A stretch of DNA of 64,000 bases, from NCBI GenBank assembly GCA_951406725.2, contig OX597824.1, positions 58,652,001 through 58,716,000 of the forward strand. The letters are read 5' to 3'. Shown here in pieces: positions 50,317-64,000 of the stretch (position 1 is its first letter; each line of letters begins with the position of its first letter). A model generated the notes under the pieces. It made no database searches. It was not told the origin of the DNA and saw nothing but the letters and a program-made list of their open reading frames with translations. Made by a program: the position numbers and the translations under genes. This DNA is from Octopus vulgaris. Taxonomy: Eukaryota.

Positions 50317-50446
50317 CATCGAGACAGAGAGAAAGAGAAACAGACAGAGAACAGCAAGAGAAGGAGAGAGAGGTGATGGTGAGAGAGAGTGAGGGTGAGA
50401 AATAGAGGAGTTAGTGAAAAAGTATGCACACACACACGTACACACG

Positions 50447-50500
<54 letters not shown>

Positions 50501-51329
50501 TATAGATAGATAGGTAAGCAAAGAAAAGGAGAAAGGAGAGGAGAGGTCATGTGAGAGAGATAAATACATACATAGAAAGAAGGTGAGAGAGAGGAGAAAG
50601 AGGTGGGTTGGTATGTGGATAAGGAATTGACATAAGTGAAATTGTCAAAAAGTAGTTCAGAGTTCCAGTTTAGTGTTTTAAACAATGTTGTGTTTTGTGT
50701 TTCTGTTGATATTGTAAGTAAGTTAGACGTGAAATATGAGCTCTCTCTTTCTTCCCCCCTCTCTCTCTCTCTTTCTCTGATTACCACGCCATCTAAGTAA
50801 TCGATATTTAGCTTCCTGTGACAACGTCCAGATGATGCATGGAAAGACATTACATTGCTTGTTTGAAATCATGTCAAGAACATATTTAAACATGACAGCA
50901 TGTATGGACGACTTCATTCTGACCTTTGCCTCAGATACACCAAGTATAATAAATAAATACGCAAATAAAGAAATAAATAACTATGGTAATAATGAAGATT
51001 TATAAATTTGCCAAGAGGGCTGCGAATATAGAAACAAGTATCAGTTGATGAAATCAGCTGCAGTAGTTGACTAGTACCTTTCGTTTCGAGACCTGTTAAT
51101 AAGACAAAATTGACAAGAGCTGGATTTGAACTAAAAACATAAAGTGATGTAGCTCAATATAGCAATTCATTTCTTTTTTCGACGCTCTATTGATTCTGAG
51201 ATTCCTCTACCGTCGCTGCCACTCCTATTTATTTAACATTATCCTGATTCTACAGTTCTACCCTCACCATTACCTACAACTATTGTTTCCTAACACTATA
51301 TTTCACTGCACTACCACACCACACACACA

Positions 51330-54300
51330 AGTACAATAATAGTTATATTTGGGCAACAAAGACTTATATTTATTCAAGACAAGAAGTATATGAAACAGTG
51401 GTACAGTCATACGTTTTTATAAAACAATGATGCCGTAAGGGAAATTAAATGGAAACCTTGAGGATGGTTCGATTCACCGAAATATTCTAAATACTTGATA
51501 ACTTTAACTAAGCATTCAGATGGAATCCATTCAACCCTTGGGCTGGCAATCAAAGATTTGAGACGGTGGACGTATTGTTTAATGTGCTAGAGGAAGCGAA
51601 ACGTCACTCTTTCACACCACTCAGGAGTAAAGAGCTCACTCGGCTACCACCATAATGTGATCAAAAATTCTTAAAAAGTAAAAGTAATCTAGGTGCCGCT
51701 TACAATAGCAATTCGCAAGTTAGTGGACTTTGAGGACAACCCAGAAATCCTTGAAAAAAAGGAAATAAAAACTTTAAATTGATCAGAGTCTGGGACCAAA
51801 CTTCTTATCCAAACATACCAAGATGACATTGAAGCTATCCCTGACATAATAGACTATGTGGACGGCACATACCTCCTCGTCACTGTAGAGGGCAGAAGGC
51901 CAAATAACCATACATGTAGTGCGCTAACGTTTTCTGCCCTCAGCACCTGAAGGCTGTCTGCCCCCAGCAAACCAGCAAACAGATAAAAATCCCTCTCCTA
52001 CCAACGCCACATCCCATACTGGCAACATCGGCGGACACGATACTACCAAAAGCCCACGAACGTCAGCAACAGCAGCAGCAGCAGCAGCAAGAGTAGCAGG
52101 GCTACCATGCAAGAATCAACACCAACGCGTGTAACAATACCACAAATAAAAGACATGCCCTCCACAACTTGGTACATGGAGTGTGACAGTGAGGGGGCGG
52201 TCAATTTTGAATAAAAAAGAAAAAAAGAAAAATACAACTTGAAAAACGTAGGACATACAACACCATCCAATCCACAGTCACCGCCAAGAGGAACACCACT
52301 ATGCTCAACTACACAACCAGCATCAACAGCACAACTGATAACATCTCAAACACAACCAAACTGTCACCTGCAACAACAACAGCAAATACAACGAAGAGAC
52401 ACAAAATCCACGCACTGCACATCAATAAATATCAGCAACAAAAATCTACTCCACTACATACAACACAACCCCAGCATATCGGAAACAAATTACATATCAC
52501 CCCAAAAATTGCACCACTCACACACATTAACATTATTCCAATAGATCAAAGCACATATACAATGTTAAAAAAGAAAATAAACAGACATTCTTGTGAAAGA
52601 ACCCATAACTGGTCAGAAGAGTGGAGCAACTGTCCTTCCTCTAAAAGACTAAGGTAAGTAGTCTTTCCCACTTTTTCCCACTGTAGTCAACATGGCCTTA
52701 CTCAGGATATACTCAGAATAAATGCATGTAACCTGAAGTCATCCTGGAAGCAGGGCCACCTGCCCAACGACTCCCCAGTTCACTGAATATAGAAATGGCG
52801 GCCATCAATGAGAGCAGAATTTCCGAGGCACGAATTTTCGCACCCAGTTTCAGCGGCTACAACGTGAGGACATCTAGAAGCTGGCCAGGATTTGAAGGCA
52901 GAGTCACTGTGTTGTTTCAGAAAGGCTTCGATTTCGTGATAAGTACCATCTTCTTGGACCCAGAAGTAAGCTGATGGCGTTGGACGTGACCATCAGCAAA
53001 GGTTATCCTTTCAGGGTAGTGGCTGACAAGGAAGTACGGTCTGAGTTCTTCAGACATCGTGAGACCTTTCTTGGAACATCCTGCACTTTCGATGACTGGA
53101 TGCACGAAGGGCAATTCGCCTGGTTAGATGGTCTACTCTACAAGCTTTACTTTTATATGCCAGATTTGTTCGGTAACCTCTTGGCAGACGTCTACAGCAA
53201 CTGGCAGCAGAATGGGAAAATTCGCAGTTCTATGAGCCATGGAGCTGTGAGGCTGCTGAGAAAGGACAAAAAAAAAACAGAGGAAAATATCGATAATTTT
53301 AGACCCACAATTCTGAAACATGCAGAATTTAAAACTTTGACCGATGAGGTTGGCACCTCTCGTCGGTGCTCTAGTGGGAGAGGCGTAGACATACCCCTTC
53401 CCAATCAAATTTTATTGACGACAGCCTCAGCCTATTGCAATACATCATAGAGAGAATGGCTAAGGAACCTGGCACGGGTCGGACCCAGATCAACTTAGAT
53501 CAACCGAAAACTTTCGATGGGTTCAACCATCGTTACCTGACGGTAGCCGGCTTCGAGCCCGTTTTTAGGGGCTGGATCGCTGCATTGCACAGCGACATCT
53601 GCTCTGTGGTTAGAGTGAATTATGGAACCCTTTAACATCATTAGTTCAGTCCGTCAATAATGTCCCTTTTCATCTCTTTTGTCTGTATTGATTCTTGAGC
53701 CATTACTACACAAGTTGGTCCCGCGCGAACTAGGATGTTGGAGATATGTGTCAGCACATGCCAACGACATCACTGTAGTGGTGTGGAACACCAAATACGT
53801 TGAAGTGATCGACACAACTCTCACGGTGTAGGAGGCGGTAACAGGAGCAAAAATTAACCAGGAAAAGTCAGTGGACCTGCAGTTCAGGAGCCGGAGTAGA
53901 AAAACCATGGTATCCAATAGCATCGTCGAGCGCTGAACGGACGGATTTAATTGTAAGGAGTCTGGTCCGAACTTCCAGACGGACGAAAACTAGGACGAGT
54001 AACCTCTTTCACCCAGAAATGGCTGAAAGAAAGCTATACCTGAAAGGTCCGGCAAAAGTAGCGAACGCATTCATCACGTCCGTCATCTACTATTGCCTGA
54101 TCATCGTGCCTTGTCTTGGTCCACATCTACTGCACTGAGCTCTCATTCTTTCGCTTTTCGTGGAAGGGATAGACTCCACTGGTCAAGTGGTCCATTTGCT
54201 GACAAGACTCGCATGGAGGACAGGGTATGCCGTGGCTTATGTACTCAAACATGCGCTGAGGCTACAAGGTCTCCAACTCATCGTTGACGATGAGCAGGTG

Positions 54301-55350
54301 TGGTCGCCGTTCGCAAAACACTTTTTGCCCCAGCTTGTCTCCTTGACGGAGCTGTAGTCATGGGTCAAGTGAAGACCAAGAGGAAGGGCTTGGAGACTGG
54401 AATGTCTTCAAGCACTCGCAGCCTTCAGCATTACGATCGGTGGAAACTCCAGCTTGGCATTCTATAGAGATTTAGTGGAGAGTAATAGCAACAACGTTCT
54501 TGGGGGGATTTGGGGCGTCGACGATAATTAACAAGCCAATCTATTCCGGAGAACTCCCGATCAAGTGTCCATGGACAATTTCCAAAAAGCCTAACCTGAC
54601 AGTTCTAAGAGAGAGCATTGCCAGTTCGAGATAAACTTTACAGACATGGATGTGCTATGAAGCCAATCCTTTCCGAGATGCGCACAAGGCGAAACCGTCC
54701 TGAACGTACTCGTCCATGGTCTTAGAATTGCTAACATGTGGATTTATGTCGAACAGCTGCTGCCACGTGCAGAATGGATCTGGTTATCAGCTCAGTCTAT
54801 CACGAAGATTTCGCAGCCGCCTTCCGCTCGCTGGGAAGATCAGACAGTTTATTTTTATCTGCCTGGTGGTCATGGCGAAAGAGATAGTATGGTGAAAAAC
54901 ATCTGAAAGAGCTAAAGACCAGCACTTTCCTTTTCGGTGAAGCTCTGGTTAGCTTTTGCAAATTTCACTTGATGAGGAAAATCAAGGCGGGAAGGATAGT
55001 CCTGATTTCCAAGCAGTTTGTTGAAAGGTGGATGAGAGAGGCGATCATGACCCAAGTGAATGGGCTTGCTCTGAGTACGCATCTGTAGATAGGAGGAACT
55101 TGGAAAAAGCACATTCCCAGGCGGTCAGTTTGACCGTAGCTTTTTGTGGGCTTTCTCCATGTGCGACCCTCAGAAGTTCTCCCTATTGAGCTTTTCACTG
55201 AAGATATATACAAATATACTGTTTGAATATATTTTCATATTTCGTTATAATGACTTTTTACACGCTAAAACCCACACTGTACCTTTCGGTGCCGTCTGTA
55301 CCGTTACTATTGTTTTTCTTCATGTAATCCCTGTGTGGCTAATAAAGAAA
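51330..55350 (+). mobile_element. Old degenerate Tx1/L1-like LINE: ORF1-like remnant, APE endonuclease start (approx. 52692), internally deleted RT, 3' end followed by (CAT)n
   Basis: LDGLLYKLYFYMPDLFGNLLADVYSNWQQNG, IDNFRPT and INLDQPKTFD are colinear with the ORF at 57563; same 3' terminus GTGGCTAATAAAGAAA; INACNLK/AAINESR endonuclease-like start. The 5' boundary is approximate. Confidence 0.82.
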
Positions 55351-55539
55351 TCGTCATCATCATCATCACCATCATCATCAATAATAATAATAATAATAAT
55401 AATTTCATTTACACTATAGGCTGAACTCTGTTTAATTATACTAAAATCTCAAGAGCAATATTTACATGTCAAGTGTAGAAAAGCAGAAAAAATAATCTGT
55501 TCAGCAGTTTTAAATGGACTATAAACTCAAGCAATCGCA

Positions 55540-55707
55540 TTCTTCTTCTTCTTCTACTTCTTCTTCCTCCTCCTCCTCCTCCTCCTCCTCCTCTTCTTCT
55601 TCTTCTTCTTCTTCTTCTTCTTCTTCTTCTTCTTCTTCTTCTTCTTCTTCTTCTTCTTCTTCTTCTTCTTCTTCTTCTTCTTCTTCTTCTTCTTCTTCTT
55701 CTTCTTC
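55540..55707 (+). repeat. (TTC)n/(TCC)n microsatellite
   Basis: Read directly from the sequence. Confidence 0.97.
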
Positions 55708-57329
55708 TCAATATCTTGTTACCATATGTATGTTGGAATGAACATTGCCTAGATGAGAAAATAAAAGTCTAAGATGAGAAATCACGAAATTACTCACCAG
55801 GGATTAGAATCGGATCTGTGAGAGATGAATAAACAGGGACCTAATGTTGCTATTATGTTGCGTACGTAAACATTATTTGTTGTTGGCAAACCCTTCAGAT
55901 TTGCACATTATATCTTATAGATGCTCTGCAAAAATAAATACAATTTGTATTTTAATTATATTCATATTCACTTTTCAGTTTTTCATCGCAATTTTGTTTC
56001 TTTCTTTTTCTTAGTATTATCACTATTATATTTATTATTATTAGTACTACTACCATTATTATAATTATTATTGCGTCTGCCTAAATTATAAATATTTCAT
56101 TTAGCTCTATAAGTGCTGAAAATAATTCACACCTTTTACATTCTATTGTTTTAGGACCAAACATGAACACAAGGAACTGGTGATGTTTATTTTAGTCACT
56201 AGTAAAACTGCAACCTCTCCAACATAAATGATTAAGGGGGAAAGAGAAGTTTGTATCATAATCACCACCACCAAGAAGAACAGAAACAGTTGCCGAACAA
56301 TCACTGAACAAGAGCAACTACAACAATGAGATTGTAAAAGAAATACATTAGCAATCACAAATAAAAGAAGAAAGACAAAGAAGGGGTCTCACGTTCAACT
56401 CGTGTCCTTGGACGTTTAGAAAAATTCCAGAGAGATGCAGGCATTAAAAATCGGTGCGTGGCAAGGCCGACTCATACAAAAGAAACAAAAGTATGGAGCT
56501 AAAAAGATACCGTGTTGTTCAATAAGAAAAATGGAATAATGAACGAGTGGTCTATTTCTGAAGAGCAACAATAAATCGATTCCACCATCTCATTCAAGAG
56601 TGAAGAAATCCTACTCATCCTGTTCGATAGAGTTTGGAGTGTATTGAGTGTGAGGCTGATGAGTGTGCCACCAGACATGATCTAGTGGTTATTGGGACCA
56701 CCATGTGCGAGCAGAAGAAGAAGCTTATGAAACAAACTAAAATAAGCTACGCGTTCAATGTTATGAAAAATCAGAGACCAGTTTGGCTCTGTATGTGTTT
56801 GTATATACCATAGATCACTGTGGGTATACAATACCCATTCTTTCATTGATTAAAATCTAATTTTCTAGAATCTGGTAATATCCTATTTTTGCTTCAGGTC
56901 CGATAAATCGCGGAACTACGTTGTTCATTTTTGATAGAGAGATTCAAATTGTATTTCTAATCGAAATACATTTATTTTGGCTCTCTGTGTGCTGTGGTCA
57001 AATCATACCGAAGATGTGAGGGTAACTGAAAGAAATCTGTTGTATTCATAAACAGTGGTGTTGGGTTCTGCAAGGAGTAAATATCCAAGGGACGCAGTTT
57101 ACCATTTCGATGGCTGTGCTACCTATAATACCTGTGTATGTGAGTGCACATTTCTCGCACATTCTTACTGTCAAGTACTATAGATAGAAAAAAGGAACGA
57201 AATTAAATCATTATCTGAGTTAAGCCTGCAATCCAAAATTGGGAAGTAACTGTCAAACATTTTTCCTTCGAACTAATAATAACTATGCTCTTTGCTAAAA
57301 ATTATTGAATAACGCTGGCATAAGCGTTG

Positions 57330-57448
57330 GCCCGGCTGTGTGGTAACAACATTGCTTCCAAAGACATGGTTCTGGGTTCAGTCCTTCTGCGTGGCACCTT
57401 AGGCAAGGATTTTCTATAATAGCTTTAAGCCGACAAAAGCCTTGTGAG
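57330..57448 (+). mobile_element. SINE family B head fused to the 5' junction of the Tx1-like LINE
   Basis: GGCTGTGTGGTAA..CATGGTTCTGGGTTCAGTCC..GTGGCACCTTAGGCAAG..AAAGCCTTGTGAG. Confidence 0.82.
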
Positions 57449-57449
57449 C

Positions 57450-60054
57450 AGACGAGTGGAGAGCAAGAACGTAGGGTAGACTTCAGTGCCTACCTACATA
57501 GCCTGCCACGACTCTCGACAAGAAAGGCAGGGTGCTGCGAAGGTGCCATCACGGCGGCGGAAGTGCGGGAAGCGATGGCAGAATGCTCGAGGGACAAATC
57601 ACCGGGTTTGGATGGCCTACCCTACGAATTTTACTATTGTATGCCAGACTTGTTTGGAGACGTCTTGGCAGCGGTATACTGCAACTGGCAGCAAAACGGG
57701 AGCATACCCGGTTTTGTGAGTCGTGGAGCTGTAACTCTGCTGAAGAAAGATCCAAACAAGGGAAACATTATAGATAACTTTAGGCCAATCACTCTGCTCA
57801 ATGCAGACCTGAAAATTTTGACAAAGGTGTTAGCCAAGAGGTTGGCGCTTGTCATGGAGAAACTGGTCGACAACGCACAAACGTGCGCCGTGCCGGGCCG
57901 GAGCATCTATGACAACCTCCATCTGATGCGCTACATCATAGACAGGGTAGTTAACGAACCTGGCATGGGTGGGGCCCTGATCAACTTGGATCAATCGAAA
58001 GCCTTTGATAGGGTAGACCATCGATACTTGGAGGCAGTCCTGAGAGCGGCTGGTTTCGGTCCCGTCTTCCGCGGCTGGATAGCTGCCTTGTACAGAGGCA
58101 TCCGTTCGGTAATTCGCGTAAATGGACATCTATCGAGACCCTTCGACATTGCACGTTCGGTCCGTCAGGGATGCCCCCTCTCGGCGCTTCTATACGTATT
58201 GACTCTTGAGCCACTACTGCGGAAGCTGGCGACTCTGAGGGGCATCCCGCGAGAATTAGGATGCGGGACGAGCGTGTCTGCATACGCGGACGACGTCACC
58301 GTCATAGTGTCAAGCCACGAGCACATCGAGCGGGTCGGCGAGACACCGAAAGACTACGAAGCGGTGACAGGAGCAAAAATCAACCGGGAAAAGTCAGTGG
58401 GCTTGCGGCTCGGCACCTGGAGAAGCAAGCCCATGCCGTCCACCAGTACCTCCGTCGTGGGACGCTGGACAGACGGCCCGGTTGAGTTGCTCGGGGTCTG
58501 GTTCGGTCCGGACCTCCAAATGGAGAAGAACTGGAACGAGATAACGAGTAGGGTGGTCACTCTCGCCCAGCAATGGGCCGAGAGGAAACTGTCCCTAAAA
58601 GGTCGGGCGGAGGTGGTGAACGCGTACATCGCGTCCATCATCTACTACCGCCTGACCGTCGTACCTTGTCCCGACCCTACCATCACCAAACTAGAACGCA
58701 TTCTCTTCCGCTTCTTGTCGAAAGGATGCGTCCCGATGATCAGGCGTTCCAATTGCTGTCAACACCCGTTAAAAGGAGGACTGGGCATGCCGTGGTTGAT
58801 GATGCGCAGACACGCGCTGAGACTGCGACATCTCCGGCTCTATGTAGACGACGGTGAACAGGTGTGGTCGCCGCTTGTGAGGCACGCATTCCCGCAACTC
58901 GTCTCCATGACCGAACTACAGTCGTGGATCAAAAAGAGGCTGAAGAAGGGCGAATGGCACCGCGAGTGTCGCGTTGCTCTCAAGCAACTCTGCCGTCCCG
59001 GGTCGACCTTGAGTGACTTCAACACAACCAAAGCATTCTATAGGGGATTAGTGGAGGGGAGGTACGACGACGAGCTCGGGGCAAACCTGGGCGTCGACGA
59101 GGAATACCTGACCCGCCTGTTTCAAACGACTTTCGGCCCGGGACCTATGGACAACTTCCAGAGATCCCTGGCCTGGCGGTGCTACCGAGAAGCGCTACCC
59201 GTTCGGGATAAGCTCTATAGGCATGGCTCGAGAAACACGGGGCCGACCTGCCCGAGATGTGGGCAGAGCGACGAAACCGCTCTGCACGCAATCGTGCAGT
59301 GTCCAGCAATTTCCAACCTGTGGGCTTATGTCGAACGACTGCTGTCACGTGTGGGACGTGTCGGTTTATCAGCCGAGTCTATCGTTAATATCGTCACGTC
59401 TCCTTCCTTCAAACGGGAAGGAAGAGCTATTTTTATCATACTTGTGGCTATGGCGAAAGAATGTATCTGGTGGACGCGTCTGAAAGGATTAGAGACAAAC
59501 ACTTTCCTCTCTGGTCAATCTCTCATCAACTTCTTCAAGTATCACTTGAAGAAAAAAGTGAGAGTAGAGAGGCAAGTTTTGTCTAGTGAATGTTTTAAAA
59601 AAAGATGGGTGAATGTAGCAAGGATGGCACGTATGAATGACGAAGCCACCTTGACTATGATTCTATGAACCGTAAAAATTAATACAGAGAGTTGCTTATT
59701 TGCAAAAAAAAAAAAAAAAAAAAAAGAAATATAACATGTGACTTCATTGACCGAGGTTACCGTGGTCTTTTCCGTAGGCTTTTCTTTCCACGGGTAAACC
59801 TCACCTGTCCTCCCCTTTACACTTCATATTGACATTTCTGTGATAACGATCCCTATTGATCAATTTTTTTCCTCTCCCCCTTTTTTTTAACCCCCCCTTT
59901 TTTTGTCCTCTTTCTCTCCTTTTACGATCCCTTTTGATCGACCCCCCCTTTTTTTATTTTTATTCTTATTTTTTATTTTTTTTACCTTCAAAAGAAAAGC
60001 TCTACCTTGTAATTTGTTCTATCTGTGTGCAGCCCTTTGTGGCTAATAAAGAAA
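57450..60054 (+). mobile_element. Young 5'-truncated Tx1/L1-clade LINE with 3' UTR and (TATC)n tail
   Basis: Uninterrupted frame from approx. 57453 to 59668; pyrimidine-rich 3' UTR; ends GGCTAATAAAGAAA. Confidence 0.93.
57563..59668 (+). CDS. ORF2 C-terminal part: reverse transcriptase plus C-terminal CCHC (zf-RVT-like); endonuclease lost by truncation
   Basis: KSPGLDGLPYEFY, NFRPITLLNADLKI, LDQSKAFDRVDH, VRQGCPLS, YADD, LLGV, GGLG, CPRCGQSDETALHAIVQC. Confidence 0.92.
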   Translation: MREAMAECSRDKSPGLDGLPYEFYYCMPDLFGDVLAAVYCNWQQNGSIPGFVSRGAVTLLKKDPNKGNIIDNFRPITLLNADLKILTKVLAKRLALVMEKLVDNAQTCAVPGRSIYDNLHLMRYIIDRVVNEPGMGGALINLDQSKAFDRVDHRYLEAVLRAAGFGPVFRGWIAALYRGIRSVIRVNGHLSRPFDIARSVRQGCPLSALLYVLTLEPLLRKLATLRGIPRELGCGTSVSAYADDVTVIVSSHEHIERVGETPKDYEAVTGAKINREKSVGLRLGTWRSKPMPSTSTSVVGRWTDGPVELLGVWFGPDLQMEKNWNEITSRVVTLAQQWAERKLSLKGRAEVVNAYIASIIYYRLTVVPCPDPTITKLERILFRFLSKGCVPMIRRSNCCQHPLKGGLGMPWLMMRRHALRLRHLRLYVDDGEQVWSPLVRHAFPQLVSMTELQSWIKKRLKKGEWHRECRVALKQLCRPGSTLSDFNTTKAFYRGLVEGRYDDELGANLGVDEEYLTRLFQTTFGPGPMDNFQRSLAWRCYREALPVRDKLYRHGSRNTGPTCPRCGQSDETALHAIVQCPAISNLWAYVERLLSRVGRVGLSAESIVNIVTSPSFKREGRAIFIILVAMAKECIWWTRLKGLETNTFLSGQSLINFFKYHLKKKVRVERQVLSSECFKKRWVNVARMARMNDEATLTMIL

Positions 60055-60056
60055 CA

Positions 60057-60290
<234 letters not shown>

Positions 60291-60920
60291 CAAACTGACA
60301 GACAGACAGATAGATACACACGCACTCACACACGCACATACACGAACACAGATATTCAAGTTGCTTGTTTATTATAAATAAATGATGGATGCATCATGTC
60401 ACCATATAACGGAACAGTTCCTGCCTTTTCAGTAATAAACTGCAAATATGCAGGCTTAAGATGAAGAAGAGTGGCAATTTACAATTGTTGTGATGGGTGG
60501 GACGTTGGTCAAGGAGGTTTCCTAATGAACGACCAGACAAACATCTTTACTGCGTGAAGCCTGGGAAATTGTAAGGTGTGTGTTTCTGGCTAAGCTGATC
60601 TCGCATGGATTTCCTCACGTAGAGCGGTAATAGTACCCTGGGAAACACAAATAGACAAACAACTACGCTAGCCCTCAAATAATCATAAATGCGCATGTCA
60701 GTACGAGAGAACACATACATGGACGTTCAAAATATATAATGAACTTACACGCACTCAAAAATAAAGACACGGGCGCACATAAATACACACGTACTCAAGC
60801 GCACACACAAATAAATGTAAAGAGAATGCCTCTGTTAAGCATGTGTATACATATATTCATATATGTATAGTCATATATACATATATTTGCATATGCGCAT
60901 ACATACATAAGTAAACATAT

Positions 60921-61072
60921 AGGCGCAGGAAAGACTGTGTGGTAAGTAGCTTGCTTACCAACCACATGGTCCCTCGTTCAGTCCCACTGCGTGGCACCTT
61001 GGGTAAGTGTCTTCTACTATAGCCTAGGGCCATGTGAGTGGATTTGGTAGACGGAAACTGAAAGAAGCCCGT

Positions 61073-61160
<88 letters not shown>

Positions 61161-61310
61161 AACATCGCTTGACAAGCGGTTCGGCAAAATAGAACGATAG
61201 AATAAGTACTAGACTTACAAAGAATAATTCCTGGGGTCGATTTGCTCGACTAAAGGCGGTGCTCCAGCATGGCCGCAATCAAAATGACTGAAACAAGTAA
61301 AAGAACAAAA
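60921..61310 (+). mobile_element. SINE family B composite copy with internal (TA)n(TG)n
   Basis: Head matches 1761-1925; 3' module matches 2138-2243 and ends ACTGAAACAAGTAAAAGA. Confidence 0.9.
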
Positions 61311-61566
61311 GATATGCACTCATATATATTTACATACATATGCATAGTATATGCAGTATACGCTTGTATTTATTAATATACTTATATATATATACATATT
61401 CAGACATGTGGATACACAGACACATAAAGATTCATATATGTATTCATATATAATACAAATACATACACACATGTTTGTACACAAATATGCATAAATAAGC
61501 AAATACATGTATACGTATATTAAATATACAGGTATATATGCATTTATATGTGTGCATATATATACG

Positions 61567-61621
<55 letters not shown>

Positions 61622-61671
61622 GAATATTTATATCTTTATAAATATTCATTCCTGAATATTTGCTACTTATT

Positions 61672-61718
<47 letters not shown>

Positions 61719-61728
61719 TATATATATG

Positions 61729-61768
<40 letters not shown>

Positions 61769-61815
61769 AGTTTTGTATGAGTATATATACATGTGTGTGC
61801 GCTGGAAACTATGAA

Positions 61816-61911
<96 letters not shown>

Positions 61912-62038
61912 TTGTGTGTGCGTGTATACGCGCACGCGTGTGTGTGTATGTGTGTGGAGATATGAGAGAGCGAATGTCGCCACCTGTCCGTTTCCCATTG
62001 TCACTTGTGCCACTGATGCTAATAATAATAATTGTAAC

Positions 62039-62291
<253 letters not shown>

Positions 62292-62675
62292 GTGTTATGA
62301 CGGTGTTTCTCGAGGAGTCGTTTACAAATGGGGGCCACTGAAATGTAGGTAATTGTAATGTGGCGGAGTGAAATTTTATAATGCTTAATTGCACATAAAT
62401 GAACGTGAAATTGAAACGCTTCAACAAAAGGTAATGCAAATTAACGACCCTTCACCCTTCACACACACACACACGCACATGCACGCATGCACACACTCTC
62501 TTATTTGTACTCTTATAGTCTGTGTAAATATGCACAGATAGAAGAGAACCATCTCTTAGACTCAAAATAAGGTTGTGAAACACTGTCTACGGTAATGACA
62601 GAGAGAGGAACGGAAGAATGCAAATTGTGTGCGAACGTAAGTCAATGCGCGTATGTATGTATGTATTTATGTATT

Positions 62676-62710
<35 letters not shown>

Positions 62711-62934
62711 TTGCATACAAACATACATATACATATATATATGAACATGTATATGTATATATATATGTATATGTGTGTGTGTGTATGTGTGTGTATGGAT
62801 GTATGCATATATATATACACACATATATATTATATGGGTACGTTTGTATGTATAAATATATAAATTTCGTACATATATATTATATACATTGTAAATATAT
62901 ATAGTTTTCTCTGTGTTCATGTTTGATTAACTAT

Positions 62935-63011
<77 letters not shown>

Positions 63012-63034
63012 CATACAGATATATATATATATGT

Positions 63035-63071
<37 letters not shown>

Positions 63072-63516
63072 TATGTGTGTGAGTATATATGAATGCATAA
63101 GTATATGCATGTATGTATGTATATAGACATACTGTGAAGAAGATTCAACTAGTATGACAGATATGACAGTGTAAAAACAAACATAATTGATGGTCTACGT
63201 TTGAATGGGAAAGAGAAAGAAAATGTGTGTGTGTGTGTGTTTGTGATTGAGGGGAGATAGAAGAAAAGGACGTGTATGATAAAACGTGTAAACTAAAAGT
63301 GATTGAAAGGGAAATAATAAACATAATGATGAGTATAAAATAAAAGTATTTGAGAGTGGTGTCAGAGAGAGGAACGTGCTGCGGACAATATGAATTGTCC
63401 GGAGAGAAGATGACAAGAGGCTCAAGTAGGGAAGTGTCAAGAAATACGGTAACCTTATACCACCACACCCTTGTATAAAGATGACCATAGTGACACTATC
63501 CACAGTGATGATAGAG

Positions 63517-63670
63517 TTGTTCTATTTTGGTGATACTACACCTTGTTATGTTGCGACCATCATATTATTCCAAGTTGTGACCATTCTGGAACTATTATAC
63601 CCTGTTATTCTGTGACTATTCTGGAGCTATTAAACCTTGCTATGGAGTGACTATTCGGGAGTTACAATAC
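63517..63670 (+). repeat. Degenerate 35-bp minisatellite
   Basis: GTGAC(C/T)ATTC(T/G)GGA recurs at 63577, 63612 and 63647. Confidence 0.6.
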
Positions 63671-63927
63671 GACTACAATCTGTTATGCGAGGACACAGTG
63701 TAACCCCATATATGAGGGGATCATGTTGTTACAGTCTGCTATTTAAGACCTTGGTGCCACCCATTGTAGTCTAAGAGCTCTTATGTCATGAAACAAAAAG
63801 AAACGCCTAATAACCGAGCAGAAGTCAGTTAGTGCGTTTAATTAAACCTTGAAAGCCCAGTCTTTCTAGAAATAATTCTCACATTTCACTCAATTCATGT
63901 CCAACCGTTTTTAGACTAGATATTATA

Positions 63928-64000
63928 GGCACAAAAGTGGCTGTGTGGTAAGAAGCTTGCTTCCCAACCACAGGGTTCTGGGTTCAGTCCCAGTGCATGG
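63928..64000 (+). mobile_element. SINE family B head, cut by the window end
   Basis: GTGGCTGTGTGGTAAGAAGCTTGCTTCCCAACCACAGGGTTCTGGGTTCAGTCCCA. Confidence 0.88.

Noticed and set aside
51455-51490. TTGAGGA-TGGT..ACC-GAAATATTC hammerhead-like motif
   Set aside because: No stem I, and it lies within the putative Tx1 ORF1 remnant; probably chance.
56230-56800. Possible additional Tx1 ORF1 remnant
   Set aside because: Only a vague resemblance to 51330-51950; no diagnostic motif.

Overview
Eukaryotic, AT-rich, microsatellite-dense intergenic or intronic DNA. The SINE families, recognised from memory and not from a database search, best fit an octopus (coleoid cephalopod) genome. No host protein-coding exon, rRNA, true tRNA or CRISPR array can be supported; most short ORFs in the track are microsatellite translations. 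The window is a mosaic of mobile DNA. It holds four R4/Dong-type non-LTR fragments, all abutting (TAA)n, one of them an open ~385-codon frame at 1-1167 that the ORF track missed. There is a young 5'-truncated Tx1/L1-like ORF2 (57450-60054) beside an old degenerate relative, and a CR1/L2-like RT with one premature stop. A Penelope-like element has inverted pseudo-LTRs. DNA transposons include a complete but degenerate 2.6-kb hATm-like element, mariner and Tc1 fragments and a non-autonomous Helitron. More than 20 SINE copies are also present. The most interesting signal is non-coding: three unrelated partial tandem units with periods of about 362, 420 and 352 bp (22412-22937, 38913-39470, 43935-44347) each carry one type I hammerhead ribozyme or ribozyme-like motif. 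This is the architecture of non-LTR retrozymes, which can give small circular RNAs. Further hammerhead-like motifs sit at Penelope-like 3' ends, including one with an unusually long loop II. Ribozyme folds were assigned by eye and need computational and experimental confirmation.
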